This document shows, in pieces, positions 47,173 through 57,382 of a stretch of DNA of 64,000 nucleotides. The stretch spans positions 24,632 through 88,631 of the forward strand of contig CBEVQY010000003.1 in assembly GCA_965552135.1 (NCBI GenBank), written 5' to 3'. Source of the stretch: an uncultured bacterium. Lineage in GTDB: Bacteria; UBP14; UBA6098; B30-G16. The translations under genes were made by a program, and so were the position numbers. The notes below the pieces were generated by a model. The model did no database searches and was not told where the DNA came from. It saw only the letters and a program-made list of their open reading frames with translations. Each line of letters begins with the position of its first letter. The first letter of the stretch is position 1.

Positions 47173-47989
47173 TCTCCAGCGACCGTGGGGAAAGACGCCT
47201 TTTCTGGCTTTGGCTTGGGTGGCGTACGCCATTTTTGTGGCGTTGGTGGTCTTGGTGGTGTACTTCGCCGAGCCGAGGCTTCGCCAGATAGGGGATTTCG
47301 CCCTTTGGGGCGCTTTTGCCATTGCCGGGGTGGTCCTTGCCGCAGTGGGGGGAGGGCTTCTGCTTATAACGCTCACCGCCGCAACGGGGATCGACCTCCT
47401 CTACCCGCACGGGAGAACGCAGATAACCATGCGCGTGCTGCCGCCCGTCGTCTACGCGCTTGGCACGCTGATTTTGCGCATACCGAAGGACAAGCTCAGG
47501 GAAAGCTTTGTCGCCCTCTCAAACGCCCTGTTTTGGGCGCAGGCTAAGCGCGGCAGGTTCAAAAGCGAGCGCCTGCTTATACTTTTGCCCCACTGCCTCC
47601 AGTGGCACGACTGTCCGTGGAAGATAACGTGGTCGATAGAGAACTGTCGGCGCTGCGGGCGCTGCCCCCTCGGAGACCTCGTTGACCTCCACGGGCGCAA
47701 CGGGATATACGTCTACGTCGCCACGGGTGGAACGATCGCCCGCAGGGTCGTTTCGGAGGCTAAGCCCACGATGATCCTCGCCGTCGCGTGCCCCAGGGAC
47801 CTCGCCGAGGGAATGGTCGACGTCTATCCGATCCCGGTCTACGGAATCCTCCTTTCCCGGCCGCACGGTCCCTGCTTCGACACGAAGCTTGAGCTTGGGA
47901 GGGTCTTCGATTTCTTCAAAACCTTTCGCCCCGACGCCTACGAGCTGCTCAGGGAGAGGGGCTCGGAGCTTGTTCGGTCTTCGGGGTGA
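47132..47989 (+). CDS. DUF116-family membrane protein with conserved Cys cluster
   Basis: N-terminal TM helices, then LLILLPHCLQWHDCPWKITWSIENCRRCGRCPLGDL, which is characteristic of DUF116. Confidence 0.65.
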   Translation: MEKTSVQHIAGEADLQRPWGKTPFLALAWVAYAIFVALVVLVVYFAEPRLRQIGDFALWGAFAIAGVVLAAVGGGLLLITLTAATGIDLLYPHGRTQITMRVLPPVVYALGTLILRIPKDKLRESFVALSNALFWAQAKRGRFKSERLLILLPHCLQWHDCPWKITWSIENCRRCGRCPLGDLVDLHGRNGIYVYVATGGTIARRVVSEAKPTMILAVACPRDLAEGMVDVYPIPVYGILLSRPHGPCFDTKLELGRVFDFFKTFRPDAYELLRERGSELVRSSG

Positions 47990-48621
47990 GCTTCGTCGTC
48001 CCGCCAGACAGCGACGACCGTTTCGCCGGCGCAGACCCTTTCGCCCACGTTCACCGTTACGCTTGCCGACTGCGGCAGCACGAGCTCGACCCGCGAGCCA
48101 AAGTGTATGATCCCGAAGCGCTCGCCCTTGCGGAGCTTTGCTCCTGGCTTTGCGCGGCAGACGACCCTGCGGGCTATAACGCCCGCTATCTGCCTCACCC
48201 GCACCATGCCGTGGGGCGTTTCGAGCAGCACCTCAACGCGCTCGTTCGACATCGACGCCTCGCCGGTGAAGGCGGGTTTGAACCCGCCCGGAAAGCGCCT
48301 TACGTCGACGACGACGCCGTCGGTTGGGCTGCGGTTCACGTGGACGTCGAGGGGGCTCATAAAAATCGCTATCCGCTTCGCCGAGGGGATGTCGGGGTCG
48401 TCGTATTCGTCGACTGAGACGACCTTCCCGTCGGCGGGAGACACAACGGCGCTTTCGTCGTCGGGGATCTCGCGCCTGGGGTCGCGGAAGAAGAAGAAGG
48501 TGATCGCAGTCCCCACAACGCCGACGGTGGCGACCACACTCCCCCAAACGCCGCCCCCGAAAACCCCCAGCGCAAACAGGACCAGAAAGTAGAGCGCAAA
48601 CCTTATTCCTGATTTGTCCAC
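47938..48621 (-). CDS. psd: Phosphatidylserine decarboxylase family protein (short, archaeal-like type)
   Basis: N-terminal TM, then PADGKVVSVDEY...IFMSPLDVHVNRSPTDGVV...IIHFGSRVEL, with an FGS(R) autocleavage-type motif. Confidence 0.8.
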   Translation of the reverse strand: MDKSGIRFALYFLVLFALGVFGGGVWGSVVATVGVVGTAITFFFFRDPRREIPDDESAVVSPADGKVVSVDEYDDPDIPSAKRIAIFMSPLDVHVNRSPTDGVVVDVRRFPGGFKPAFTGEASMSNERVEVLLETPHGMVRVRQIAGVIARRVVCRAKPGAKLRKGERFGIIHFGSRVELVLPQSASVTVNVGERVCAGETVVAVWRDDEAHPEDRTSSEPLSLSSS

Positions 48622-48722
48622 GAAACTAATTTACGTCGGGACGCGTTTAGGTCAAGCCTTGCGGCTTGACACGACGCTTTGTGTGGTTCATATTGGGTTG
48701 GTGCTTTTCCGGGGGCGAGACG

Positions 48723-50642
48723 ATGAGGGTATTGCTTCCCGACGGTTCGTCGGTTGAGGTTTCCTGTGGTGCGACGCCTTTGGACGTTGCGCGCAAGCTT
48801 TCGGCGCGCCTTGCCAAAGAGGCTTTGGTTGCGGTCGTCGACGGGAGGCTTTGGGACCTTGCGCGACCCCTGCCCGACGGCGACGAAGTCCGCCTTGAGA
48901 TAAAAACCTTCGACGACCGGGAGGGGCGCGAGGTGTTCTGGCACTCCGCTGCCCACATCATGGCGCACGCCGTACGAGACCTGTTCCCGGAGGTCAAGAT
49001 CGCCATAGGTCCCCCCATCGAGGAGGGTTTTTACTACGACTTCGACAAGCCCGAGCCCTTCACCCAAAGTGACCTCGAGCGCATAGAGGCTCGGATGAGG
49101 GAGCTTGTGGAGTCTGATCTTCCCTTCGAGCGGCGCGAGGTCTCCCGCGAGGAGGCGAGGAAGCTCTTCGAGGAGCAGGGCGAAAGCTACAAGCTCGAGC
49201 TTTTGGACGATATCCCCGAGGGCGAGGGGGTTTCGCTTTACCGCGTGGGCGACTTCGTCGACCTGTGCCGCGGTCCACATCTGCCCAGGACCGGACTCGT
49301 TAGGTATTTCAAGCTTGTTTCCGTTGCGGGTGCCTACTGGCGCGGCGACGCAAGAAACCCAATGCTTCAGAGGATCTACGGCGTCGCCTTCCCCAAGAAG
49401 TCGATGCTTGAGGACTTCCTTCGCCGCCGCGAGGAAGCGCTCCGCAGAGACCACAGACGCCTCGGAAGAGAACTCGACCTCTTCATAATCGACGACTCGG
49501 TCGGTCCGGGGCTTGTGCTCTGGACGCCAAAGGGCGCAGCGGTGAGGGAGGTCATAGAGGACTTCTGGAGGCAGGAGCACAAAAAGCACGGGTACAAGCT
49601 CGTCTACACGCCCCACGTGGGGCGGGAGGTGCTCTGGCAGCAAAGCGGGCACCTCGAGTTCTACAGCGAAAACATGTACCCGAGGATGGACGTGGAGGGT
49701 CAGGGGTACTACATAAAGCCAATGAACTGCCCCTTCCACATAAAGCTCTACAAGAGGCGTCGTTACTCTTACAGGGAGCTTCCCCTGAGGTGGGCGGAGC
49801 TTGGCACCGTTTATCGATACGAGCTGAGCGGCGTTTTGCACGGTCTTTTGCGCGTGCGCGGATTCACTCAGGACGACGCGCACATCATCTGCCGAGCCGA
49901 CCAGGTCGAGGACGAGATCAAAGAGGTCCTGCGGTTCTCGATATATATGCTAAACGCCTTCGGCTTTAAGGAGTTCGATATATTTCTCTCGACGCGTCCG
50001 TCCGAGAAGTACGTTGGTTCGCCCGAGATGTGGGAGCTTGCCGAGGCTTCGCTCAAGAAGGCGATCGAGGAGGAGGGGCTTCCCTACGAGATCGATGAGG
50101 GTGGCGGCGCCTTCTACGGACCGAAGATAGACATAAAAATAAAGGATGCCCTCGGCAGAAGCTGGCAGTGCTCTACCATCCAGTTCGACTTCAACCTGCC
50201 CGAGCGGTTCGACATGACGTACGTCGCCAAGGACGGCTCGTTCCAAAGACCCTACATGATCCATCGTGCGCTTTTGGGTTCGATCGAGCGCTTTTTCGCA
50301 ACGCTCGTCGAGCACTACGCCGGCAACTTCCCCACCTGGCTTGCGCCCGTGCAGGTGGCTGTGCTTTCGGTAAGCGAAAGACACAACGACTACGCGCGGG
50401 AGGTGTACAGCCGCCTCTTCGACGAGGGGATACGCGTTGAACTCGACGACTCCTCCGAGCGCATAGGCTACAAGATAAGGGCTGCGGAGACGCAGAAGAT
50501 CCCTTACATGCTCATCGTTGGCGAGCGCGAGGTTTCCGCTGGCACCGTCTCCGTCAGACGCCACGGAAAGGGCGATGTGGGGACGATGCCCCTCGGGGAG
50601 TTCATAAGAACGATAAAGGACGAGATCGCCAAAAGGACCTGA
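48723..50642 (+). CDS. thrS: Threonine--tRNA ligase
   Basis: N-terminal TGS domain (MRVLLPDGS...), a second additional domain ([11 protein letters not shown]), class II aaRS motifs ([27 protein letters not shown]; [10 protein letters not shown]) and an anticodon-binding C-terminus. The track ORF starts at 48666. Confidence 0.95.
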   Translation: MRVLLPDGSSVEVSCGATPLDVARKLSARLAKEALVAVVDGRLWDLARPLPDGDEVRLEIKTFDDREGREVFWHSAAHIMAHAVRDLFPEVKIAIGPPIEEGFYYDFDKPEPFTQSDLERIEARMRELVESDLPFERREVSREEARKLFEEQGESYKLELLDDIPEGEGVSLYRVGDFVDLCRGPHLPRTGLVRYFKLVSVAGAYWRGDARNPMLQRIYGVAFPKKSMLEDFLRRREEALRRDHRRLGRELDLFIIDDSVGPGLVLWTPKGAAVREVIEDFWRQEHKKHGYKLVYTPHVGREVLWQQSGHLEFYSENMYPRMDVEGQGYYIKPMNCPFHIKLYKRRRYSYRELPLRWAELGTVYRYELSGVLHGLLRVRGFTQDDAHIICRADQVEDEIKEVLRFSIYMLNAFGFKEFDIFLSTRPSEKYVGSPEMWELAEASLKKAIEEEGLPYEIDEGGGAFYGPKIDIKIKDALGRSWQCSTIQFDFNLPERFDMTYVAKDGSFQRPYMIHRALLGSIERFFATLVEHYAGNFPTWLAPVQVAVLSVSERHNDYAREVYSRLFDEGIRVELDDSSERIGYKIRAAETQKIPYMLIVGEREVSAGTVSVRRHGKGDVGTMPLGEFIRTIKDEIAKRT

Positions 50643-50739
50643 GCTCCTGCTTTTGGTGCTTGGCTGGGGCGGTCTTTTCGGAGCTTTTGCGCCGGAGCGT
50701 TTTGGTTGGCTGCGGCACGCTCTGAGATCAGGTCCGCGG

Positions 50740-53496
50740 TCACTCGCCCACGTAAAGGAGCGCGTCCTCTCCCAAAAGGACCCAGTAACCTCGACCCCGC
50801 TGCAGGTGGTCGGCGGGTGCGTACGCCTCGCCTTCCAGGGCGAACGGCGGCGGAATGTACGCGTCCGCGGGAGCCGACGTTATTGCCCCGCCGTCCGTTG
50901 GGGGTGAGATCAACCACCAGCCGCCGCCAAGCGCGTGGCATTGCGACGTGGTGGAGTAGTACCAGACGGGTATGGGCAAGGCGCACGTGCTTAGGGCGAA
51001 AAAACCCCTTCCGCCGATCCAGCTGCGGAGGCAGAAGAATCCGTGTTCGCCGTAGGCGAAGAAGCCGAAGACGCCAAGCTCCGTCACTGTGGGTATGCGC
51101 CCGAAGGCGGGATATCCCGGAAAGCCCAGAAGGTTCCATCCGCGCCTCGTCCGCAGGTTGAACTCCTTCGGTGCGCCGAAGGTTGCGGAGATGATGATCG
51201 TTTCGGCTGGTGCTACGGTGGCGTGGCTTTGCGCCTTCATATCGATCGTTCCGCGCACAAGGACGGCGCCGTCGGGGAGCGCAGCTGGGTCCCAGCTTGC
51301 CTCAACGGCAACGCTGTCGCAGTTGACGATGCACCACACGAGGCTTTCCGCAAGCTCCGGGGCGAAATCCCTCACAAGCCATGTGCCGCAGGTCCAGATT
51401 CTTACGTCGACTTTTTCGGGCTGCGGCAGCCAGAGGAGGTCGAGGGTAGGGTCGTAGCAGGGCGATGCGCCGGGCGCCTGACCGATCACAAGCACCCTCG
51501 AGCGGCGCCCCTCCGCCGCAAACGAAAGCTCGGCGTACCACCGCCTCATAAACACGACCTCGACACACACCCTTTCTGCGCGGTTTGGCGCGCCGTAGTC
51601 GGGGTCGTCGCGGACGCCGTCGATGCACAGGGTCGATGGTCGCGCGGGTGCAAGCTGGGGCGCGAGCTCCGCGGACGTCCAGAAGACGGCGAAGTCGCCC
51701 GCAGTGTCCACGCAGACGGGGAGGGCGCTGTCGCCAACCGACGCCGTCGCGGCGGGCGATATCCTGCCGCTTGTCGAGTCGATGAAAACCCACGCGCACA
51801 CGCCCCTCGAGAAGTTCACGGTGTCGCCGTCCCCGGGGACGGAGAGGAGGGGCACAGGCGGCGTCAGGTCGACGAGAAAGTCGGTGCAAACCGGCTCCGA
51901 GAGCGGGTCGCCTGCGGTGGTGCGAACGTCGACGAGGCAGACCTCAACGCTATCCCCGTCGGCGAAGGGCGCGGTGGGGGTGTATATGAGTGTATCTGCG
52001 ATGATTTCGGCGGTTGCCGTGTCGCCGTTTACCAGAACTACAGCCGTCGCGGGGTCGATTATGCGCTCGGTGTGCAGGGCGAACTTGACCTTTTGCGTTG
52101 AGTCCGAGGTCACGGCGCCGGGGAAGGGGCTTATAAGCTCTGCCACGACGGGCGATACCGACGAGAACCCCGCGTAGATGTAGACCTTCCCCCGTCCGTG
52201 GAACTCCGGCGCGCCCACGGCGAAGTCGGGATGTCCGTCGCCGGTGAAGTCGCCCAAGGGCTCTATCGTCCAGCCGAAGTTTTGCCCGTCGAACTCGCCG
52301 CGGCAGAAGTAGTCGACCACGCTATCCGGCTCGAAGCCACCGCAGAAGATCAAAACCTGCCCCCTGAACTCGCCGCTTTCCGGGTCGTAGTTGGCGGAGA
52401 CGGCGATGTCATCGTATCCGTCGCCGTTTACGTCGCCTGGGGCGCCAACGCTGCCGCCAAGCGCATCGCCGTCGCAGCGACCCGTGATGACGAGGTCGGG
52501 AACCTCGAACGGCGACGACGTGCCGGGCTTCCCGAGGTAGACGTACGCGCGCCCGTAAGTCGAGTCCGCAATGCGGAAGTTGTAGGCGCCGCAGAGTGCG
52601 TCGTCGTATCCGTCGCCGTTTACGTCGCCTGTGGCGGCAACGCTCCCGCCGAAGAAGTCCATCGGGAACTCGCCCGTAAACGAAAACTCGGGAACGGTTA
52701 TCCCCAAAAGCGTCCTTTCGCCCGTAAGCACGTATGCTGCGCCGGGTTTGAGCCAGTATGCGCCCGCCTGAACTGCGCCCACAAGCAGATCCGGAACCCC
52801 GTCGCCGTCGAAGTCGAAGCCGCCGTCTATGTCGGTGCCGAAGTCGTCGAGGGAGTCGAGCCCGCATACGGTCACGTCGGGCAGTGTGTCGTCTCCGCCG
52901 AAGTAGATGTAGACCTTCCCCGTGCGCCATCCCAGGCAGTCGTTGTACAGCGCACCCACGGCAAGGTCATCGTATCCGTCTCCGTTGAGGTCGCCTATGC
53001 CCGCCACCGAGTAGCCGAAGTTGTCGAACGGGTTTTCTCCGCCGAGGGCGACGTCGGGGATCTCGTCGAGGCTCGGTCCGCCGAAGAAGACGTAGGCAGC
53101 GCCGATGTCGTCGACGACGTTTGCGCCGGCGAGGAGGTCGTCGTATCCGTCGCCGTTTACGTCGCCAGCGCAGTCGAGGGCTATCCCGAGCTGGTCGCCC
53201 GGCGAGAGCCCGTAGATCACAAGTCCGGGCGAGGTGATCTCGCCGTCGAAGTAGATGTACACTGCGCCCGAGCTTAGGTTTGCCATCGGCGCACCGACCG
53301 CGATGTCGACCGCTCCGCTGCCGTCGAAGTCGCCCGCGGCGATCGACCACCCAAAGTTGCCCGATGTGTCGGGCTCGACTATAACGCCCCAGGGCAAAAG
53401 CTCATCCGCGCTCAGGACAGCGCCCAGACCCAAAACGACCAGTTTTGCCAAAAGCCTCATCGCAGCAAAGATGCGTTGCAGGCTTTTGTGGGTCAA
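50740..53496 (-). CDS. Large secreted FG-GAP repeat protein (918 aa)
   Basis: At least seven FG-GAP-type Ca-binding repeats (GDFDGSGAVD, GDVNGDGYDD three times, GDLNGDGYDD, FDFDGDGVPD, GDFTGDGHPD), then Ig-like and unknown C-terminal regions. Its start overlaps the metH stop as ATGA. Confidence 0.75.
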   Translation of the reverse strand: MTHKSLQRIFAAMRLLAKLVVLGLGAVLSADELLPWGVIVEPDTSGNFGWSIAAGDFDGSGAVDIAVGAPMANLSSGAVYIYFDGEITSPGLVIYGLSPGDQLGIALDCAGDVNGDGYDDLLAGANVVDDIGAAYVFFGGPSLDEIPDVALGGENPFDNFGYSVAGIGDLNGDGYDDLAVGALYNDCLGWRTGKVYIYFGGDDTLPDVTVCGLDSLDDFGTDIDGGFDFDGDGVPDLLVGAVQAGAYWLKPGAAYVLTGERTLLGITVPEFSFTGEFPMDFFGGSVAATGDVNGDGYDDALCGAYNFRIADSTYGRAYVYLGKPGTSSPFEVPDLVITGRCDGDALGGSVGAPGDVNGDGYDDIAVSANYDPESGEFRGQVLIFCGGFEPDSVVDYFCRGEFDGQNFGWTIEPLGDFTGDGHPDFAVGAPEFHGRGKVYIYAGFSSVSPVVAELISPFPGAVTSDSTQKVKFALHTERIIDPATAVVLVNGDTATAEIIADTLIYTPTAPFADGDSVEVCLVDVRTTAGDPLSEPVCTDFLVDLTPPVPLLSVPGDGDTVNFSRGVCAWVFIDSTSGRISPAATASVGDSALPVCVDTAGDFAVFWTSAELAPQLAPARPSTLCIDGVRDDPDYGAPNRAERVCVEVVFMRRWYAELSFAAEGRRSRVLVIGQAPGASPCYDPTLDLLWLPQPEKVDVRIWTCGTWLVRDFAPELAESLVWCIVNCDSVAVEASWDPAALPDGAVLVRGTIDMKAQSHATVAPAETIIISATFGAPKEFNLRTRRGWNLLGFPGYPAFGRIPTVTELGVFGFFAYGEHGFFCLRSWIGGRGFFALSTCALPIPVWYYSTTSQCHALGGGWWLISPPTDGGAITSAPADAYIPPPFALEGEAYAPADHLQRGRGYWVLLGEDALLYVGE

Positions 53497-55856
53497 GCTT
53501 TGTTAGCGAGCTTGCAGAGGATCTTTGCCGCAGCGAGGGCGTCTTTGGCGTATATCGCGCCGATGCGCTCCGCAAACTCTGCCGTCACCGCGGCGCCGCC
53601 GACGATTACGGGCAGCTCCGGAAAGCGCTCCCTTATCTTTTCGACCGTCGCCTCAAGCGACGGCAGCGTCGTCGTCATAAGCGCGGAGAGCCCGACGGCG
53701 ATGTATTTGCCCGCGGCAAGCTCCTCGACGATGCGGCTGGCGGGAACGCTTTTGCCCATGTCGACCACTTCAAACCCGTGGCTTTGGAGGACGGCTCTGA
53801 CGAGGTTCTTCCCGATGTCGTGCACGTCGCCGCGGACCGTCGCCAGAAGTACCCTGCCCCTCGAGCCCGCGCCGGGCGGAAGCATCCCCCTCAGGATGTC
53901 GAGCGCCTTCGCCGTGGCTTCGGCAGAGGCGATAAGCTGCGGCAAAAAGACCTCGCGGCGGTCGTAAAGCTCGCCAACGTGGCGTATCGCGGGTATCACA
54001 ACCTCGTCTATCACCTTAAGCGGATCCCCTCTTCCCTCAAGCTCGGCTGGGATGTGCTCGCCCACAAGCTCTGCGTTCCCGTGGACTATGTCTTCCCACA
54101 GGCTTTGGGTATGTGTGTGTTGTGTGTGCGTTTCGGCGGTGAGATCAGAGAGTGCTTTGCCCTTTGGGTCACGTCCTGCGAGGAGCTGTGCTGCCGCGAT
54201 GGTCTGCGCGACGATGTGGTCGTTTGGGTCGGTGATTACGGCACAAAGCCCTTTCATCACAGCCGCCGCCGCCATCGCCGCGTTGACCTGCGAGCGCCAG
54301 GGCAAGCCGTACGAGACGTTGGACAGTCCGAGGATCGTGGGGATTCCCGCTTTGCGCAGGGCGTCGAGCGCGCGCAGGGTCACCTCAACCGCATCGGGCG
54401 CCGCAGAGACCGGAAGCATCACAGGATCAGCGATTACGCGGCTTCCGTCTATCCCAAGCTCCTGGGCGCGGGATATGATCTTTTCGATCACCTTTGTTCG
54501 TTTGTCTGGGTCGTCGGGCACGCCGTCGTCGTCCATCGCGAGGGCGACTATGCAGGCGCCGTACTTCGCCGCAAGGGGGAGGACGTCCGAAAGGGACGCC
54601 TCGCGCCCCGAGACGGAGTTGATCACAGGCACGCCCGGGCACACCTTGAGCGCTTCCTCGAGCGCCTCTGGGTTTGTTGTGTCGATGAAGATCGGCGCTT
54701 CAGACACAGTCGTCACCGCTGCGACCGCTTTGGGCAGGATTTTCTCTTCGTCGACCTCGGGCGCCGCCACGCACACGTCGAGGGCGTGAGCCGAGCGCTG
54801 CTCTACCGCCTCGAGCTTGACCGCGCTCAGGTCCCCTGCGGCGAGCTTTTCGCGAAAGCGCCTTCTGCCCGAGGGGTTTATCCGCTCGCCCACGAGCGCA
54901 ACGGGCTCGTCGTAGGCGATGCGCAAAAGCCTCGTTCTGCTTGCAGTCCAAAAGCCCGTTGCCCTACTTCGCGCTTTGACGGGTTTTCCCCTGACGGCGT
55001 CGGCGATGCGGGCGATGTGCTCCGGCGATGAGCCGCAGCAGGCGCCTATGATGTTCGCACCCGCTTCGCGCAGTGCGAGCGCCGCATCCGCCATCTGCTC
55101 CGGCGTCGCCGGAAAGACCGTTTTGCCGCCAACGACCTTCGGTCTTCCGGCGTTGGGCTGGGCGATTATGGGTTTTTCGGTGAGGGGCGCCATCCTCTCC
55201 ACCGCGGCCACTACGGGCTTGATCCCCGCCCCGCAGTTGGTGCCGAAGGCTTTTGTGGGCAGGTTGTTTGCCGTCAGGGCGAAGACCTCGGGCGGCGTTC
55301 CCGTGACGGAGCGATCGCCCTCGTCGAATGAGAACGTTGCGGCGATGGGCGCCGAGCCTGCGGCAAGACAGCCCAAAACCGCCGCCTTAAGCTCCACCAC
55401 GTCGGTGAACGTCTCAAGGAGGATAAAGTCCACGCCGGCTTTGATCAGGTGCTCCGCCCAGAGCCTGAACTCGCGGACCGCCTCGTCGAAGGAGAGTTCT
55501 CCGAACGGCTGGAGGAATACCCCGATGGGTCCGATATCGCCAGCGACGGCGGCTTTTTGTGCGGCTGCGCGGCGGGCGAGGTCGACTGCGGCGGAGATGA
55601 TCTCGCCCTGGCGCCCCGAAAGACCGTATTGCGCAAGCTTTAGCCTCGATGCGCCGAAGGTGTTTGTGGTTATTATCTGCGCTCCTGCCTCGACGTAGCT
55701 GCGGTGGATCTCCAGCACCGTCTCCGGCGCCTCGATGTTCCACAGCTCCGGCGGCTTGTCGGCGGGCAGACCCGCCTGCTGGAGCATCGTTCCCATTGCT
55801 CCGTCGAAGACGACGACCTCCCGCGCCGATATGTCGAAGACGTCGCAGGAGCGCAT
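53493..55856 (-). CDS. metH: Cobalamin-dependent methionine synthase lacking the C-terminal AdoMet reactivation domain
   Basis: Hcy S-methyltransferase domain (Zn ligands ...GTNCGAG...GACCGSSP), pterin-binding domain, and B12 cap plus B12-binding domain with GDVHDIGKN (DxHxxG). The protein is 787 aa, against about 1200 aa for full-length MetH. Confidence 0.85.
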   Translation of the reverse strand: MRSCDVFDISAREVVVFDGAMGTMLQQAGLPADKPPELWNIEAPETVLEIHRSYVEAGAQIITTNTFGASRLKLAQYGLSGRQGEIISAAVDLARRAAAQKAAVAGDIGPIGVFLQPFGELSFDEAVREFRLWAEHLIKAGVDFILLETFTDVVELKAAVLGCLAAGSAPIAATFSFDEGDRSVTGTPPEVFALTANNLPTKAFGTNCGAGIKPVVAAVERMAPLTEKPIIAQPNAGRPKVVGGKTVFPATPEQMADAALALREAGANIIGACCGSSPEHIARIADAVRGKPVKARSRATGFWTASRTRLLRIAYDEPVALVGERINPSGRRRFREKLAAGDLSAVKLEAVEQRSAHALDVCVAAPEVDEEKILPKAVAAVTTVSEAPIFIDTTNPEALEEALKVCPGVPVINSVSGREASLSDVLPLAAKYGACIVALAMDDDGVPDDPDKRTKVIEKIISRAQELGIDGSRVIADPVMLPVSAAPDAVEVTLRALDALRKAGIPTILGLSNVSYGLPWRSQVNAAMAAAAVMKGLCAVITDPNDHIVAQTIAAAQLLAGRDPKGKALSDLTAETHTQHTHTQSLWEDIVHGNAELVGEHIPAELEGRGDPLKVIDEVVIPAIRHVGELYDRREVFLPQLIASAEATAKALDILRGMLPPGAGSRGRVLLATVRGDVHDIGKNLVRAVLQSHGFEVVDMGKSVPASRIVEELAAGKYIAVGLSALMTTTLPSLEATVEKIRERFPELPVIVGGAAVTAEFAERIGAIYAKDALAAAKILCKLANKA

Positions 55857-55909
55857 GTCTCAGTAAAGATGCGCCGGGGGTTTATTTTGGGCAAGCCGAA
55901 TGAGTGGCG

Positions 55910-56623
55910 TCAGTCTGCGGGCGATGCGATGAGGTTTGCGCCGATGCGGTGAACCGCCTCGGCGGAGGTTCTGCTGTTCACAGTTGGGGGGGCTACTATG
56001 CCCACGTGGAGGTCGGTTATGTCGTTTTCGTCGGCGTCCCAGCTTCCGTCGCCGGGGTTGAGCGGGTCTTCGGCGAGGAGGTGGTCGATCACCTCCACAG
56101 TTCCCGCTGCGGCGTTGCTCCATCCTGTGGCTGGGGTTGTGTGTGCCCCGCCGGCGCCGAGCGCGGGGAAGCTTGCGCCCAGAAGGAGCTTGTACTGTTG
56201 GGCGCCCAGTCCGGCGCAGTCGAGGCTTTCGGGGTGTGTTCCCGCTGCGGCGGTCCAGTCGTCGGGCGGAGGCGGTCCGATGTACAGAACCGATGCGTCG
56301 ACATCTATCGTTATGCCGCCTGTGTTCTCAAGCCCGAAGACAAAATGTCCGCTCTGGCATGGGTTCCAGTGTGGTGCAGCTCCCGCGCTGTCGGCGTGAA
56401 CTGTATCGCCCGCGGCGGAGGCAGCGTAGTACTCGCCAGCGTCAAAAAGACCACGATCCACCGACGCGCTTGAGTAGAGGTTGAAGCTTATGCCAACCAT
56501 CCTCACGGAGACGCGGATGTAGACCGTGTCGGTCGCGCCCGCTCCAGTCCAGCTTTGCCCCCAAACCGCCGAAACAAGACAGAACGAAACAGCGAAGAAG
56601 ATTTTTCTCCCCGCCGACCTCAC
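55910..56623 (-). CDS. Secreted hypothetical protein, paralog of 56714..57382 (unrecognised family)
   Basis: Signal peptide. Shared motifs with the neighbour include WGQSWT, DTVYIRVSVRMVG, ENTGGITIDV, LAEDPLNPGDGSWDA. Confidence 0.5.
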   Translation of the reverse strand: MRSAGRKIFFAVSFCLVSAVWGQSWTGAGATDTVYIRVSVRMVGISFNLYSSASVDRGLFDAGEYYAASAAGDTVHADSAGAAPHWNPCQSGHFVFGLENTGGITIDVDASVLYIGPPPPDDWTAAAGTHPESLDCAGLGAQQYKLLLGASFPALGAGGAHTTPATGWSNAAAGTVEVIDHLLAEDPLNPGDGSWDADENDITDLHVGIVAPPTVNSRTSAEAVHRIGANLIASPAD

Positions 56624-56654
56624 GCTTCAAAAAATAAAACGCCCTCCCTTTTTG

Positions 56655-56690
56655 CGCAAACAAAAAAGCCCCCGGCCTGCACCGGGGGCT
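56655..56690 (-). terminator. Intrinsic terminator after the 56714..57382 gene
   Basis: The minus-strand sequence GGAAAGCCCCCGGTGCAGGCCGGGGGCTTTTTTGTTTGCGC is a GC-rich 9-bp stem followed by a T6GTTT tract. Confidence 0.55.
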
Positions 56691-56713
56691 TTCCGCCACC
56701 GCATCACCACACC

Positions 56714-57382
56714 TTAGTCCGATATCTTCCCGATCACGCATACATACAAGCTCTGCGTCGCCGTCGTGGATGAGGACATCGGCATGACGAACTCCAGATG
56801 GTACTCGACCTGGTCAGCCTCAGCTTCCCAGGAACCGTCATCGGGTGTGGGAGCTTCGGTCGGATCCTCTGCCATAAGGTTCTCATACTCGTCGGTTGAG
56901 CCCTCGTCTTCGGGGAGAACTGTCCAGGAGCTGGGGCCAGAGACAGCGCCGTCGGAAGTCTCGAAGGCATAGGCGCCACCGACGGTGTCCTCGGCGTTGA
57001 TCGTGGCGCAGGTGATGTTGGAGTTGTCGTGGCTCCAGGTCGGTCCGCTGAGACCCTCGTCGAAGTAGGTGTTGAAGTCGAGCGTCACACCGCCTGTGTT
57101 CTCAATCCAGAAGACCTCGTGCAGCACATCGCAGGGATGGACCAAAGAGTCCTCGGTTGCCACGGTGTCAGCTGTGACGCTCCACACCAATGTTGGGGCG
57201 GTAGTCGAGTGGTCAGATCCCTCGCCGCCCACGTTAAACGTCCACTGGGCGCCGATCATATGCACGTTGACCTTCACCCACACGGTGTCGGGGCTCTGTT
57301 CGGCCGTCGAAGTCCATGTCTGCGCCCAGCTTGCCCCTGCGAGCAGGGCGAGTGCGGCAGCGACGAGCAGCAGCCTCTTCAT
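56714..57382 (-). CDS. Secreted hypothetical protein, paralog of 55910..56623
   Basis: Signal peptide MKRLLLVAAALALLAGASWA. Motifs WAQTWT, DTVWVKVNVHMIG, ENTGGVTLDF, MAEDPTEAPTPDDGSWEA. RBS AAGGAGGTG precedes ATG 57382. Confidence 0.55.
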   Translation of the reverse strand: MKRLLLVAAALALLAGASWAQTWTSTAEQSPDTVWVKVNVHMIGAQWTFNVGGEGSDHSTTAPTLVWSVTADTVATEDSLVHPCDVLHEVFWIENTGGVTLDFNTYFDEGLSGPTWSHDNSNITCATINAEDTVGGAYAFETSDGAVSGPSSWTVLPEDEGSTDEYENLMAEDPTEAPTPDDGSWEAEADQVEYHLEFVMPMSSSTTATQSLYVCVIGKISD

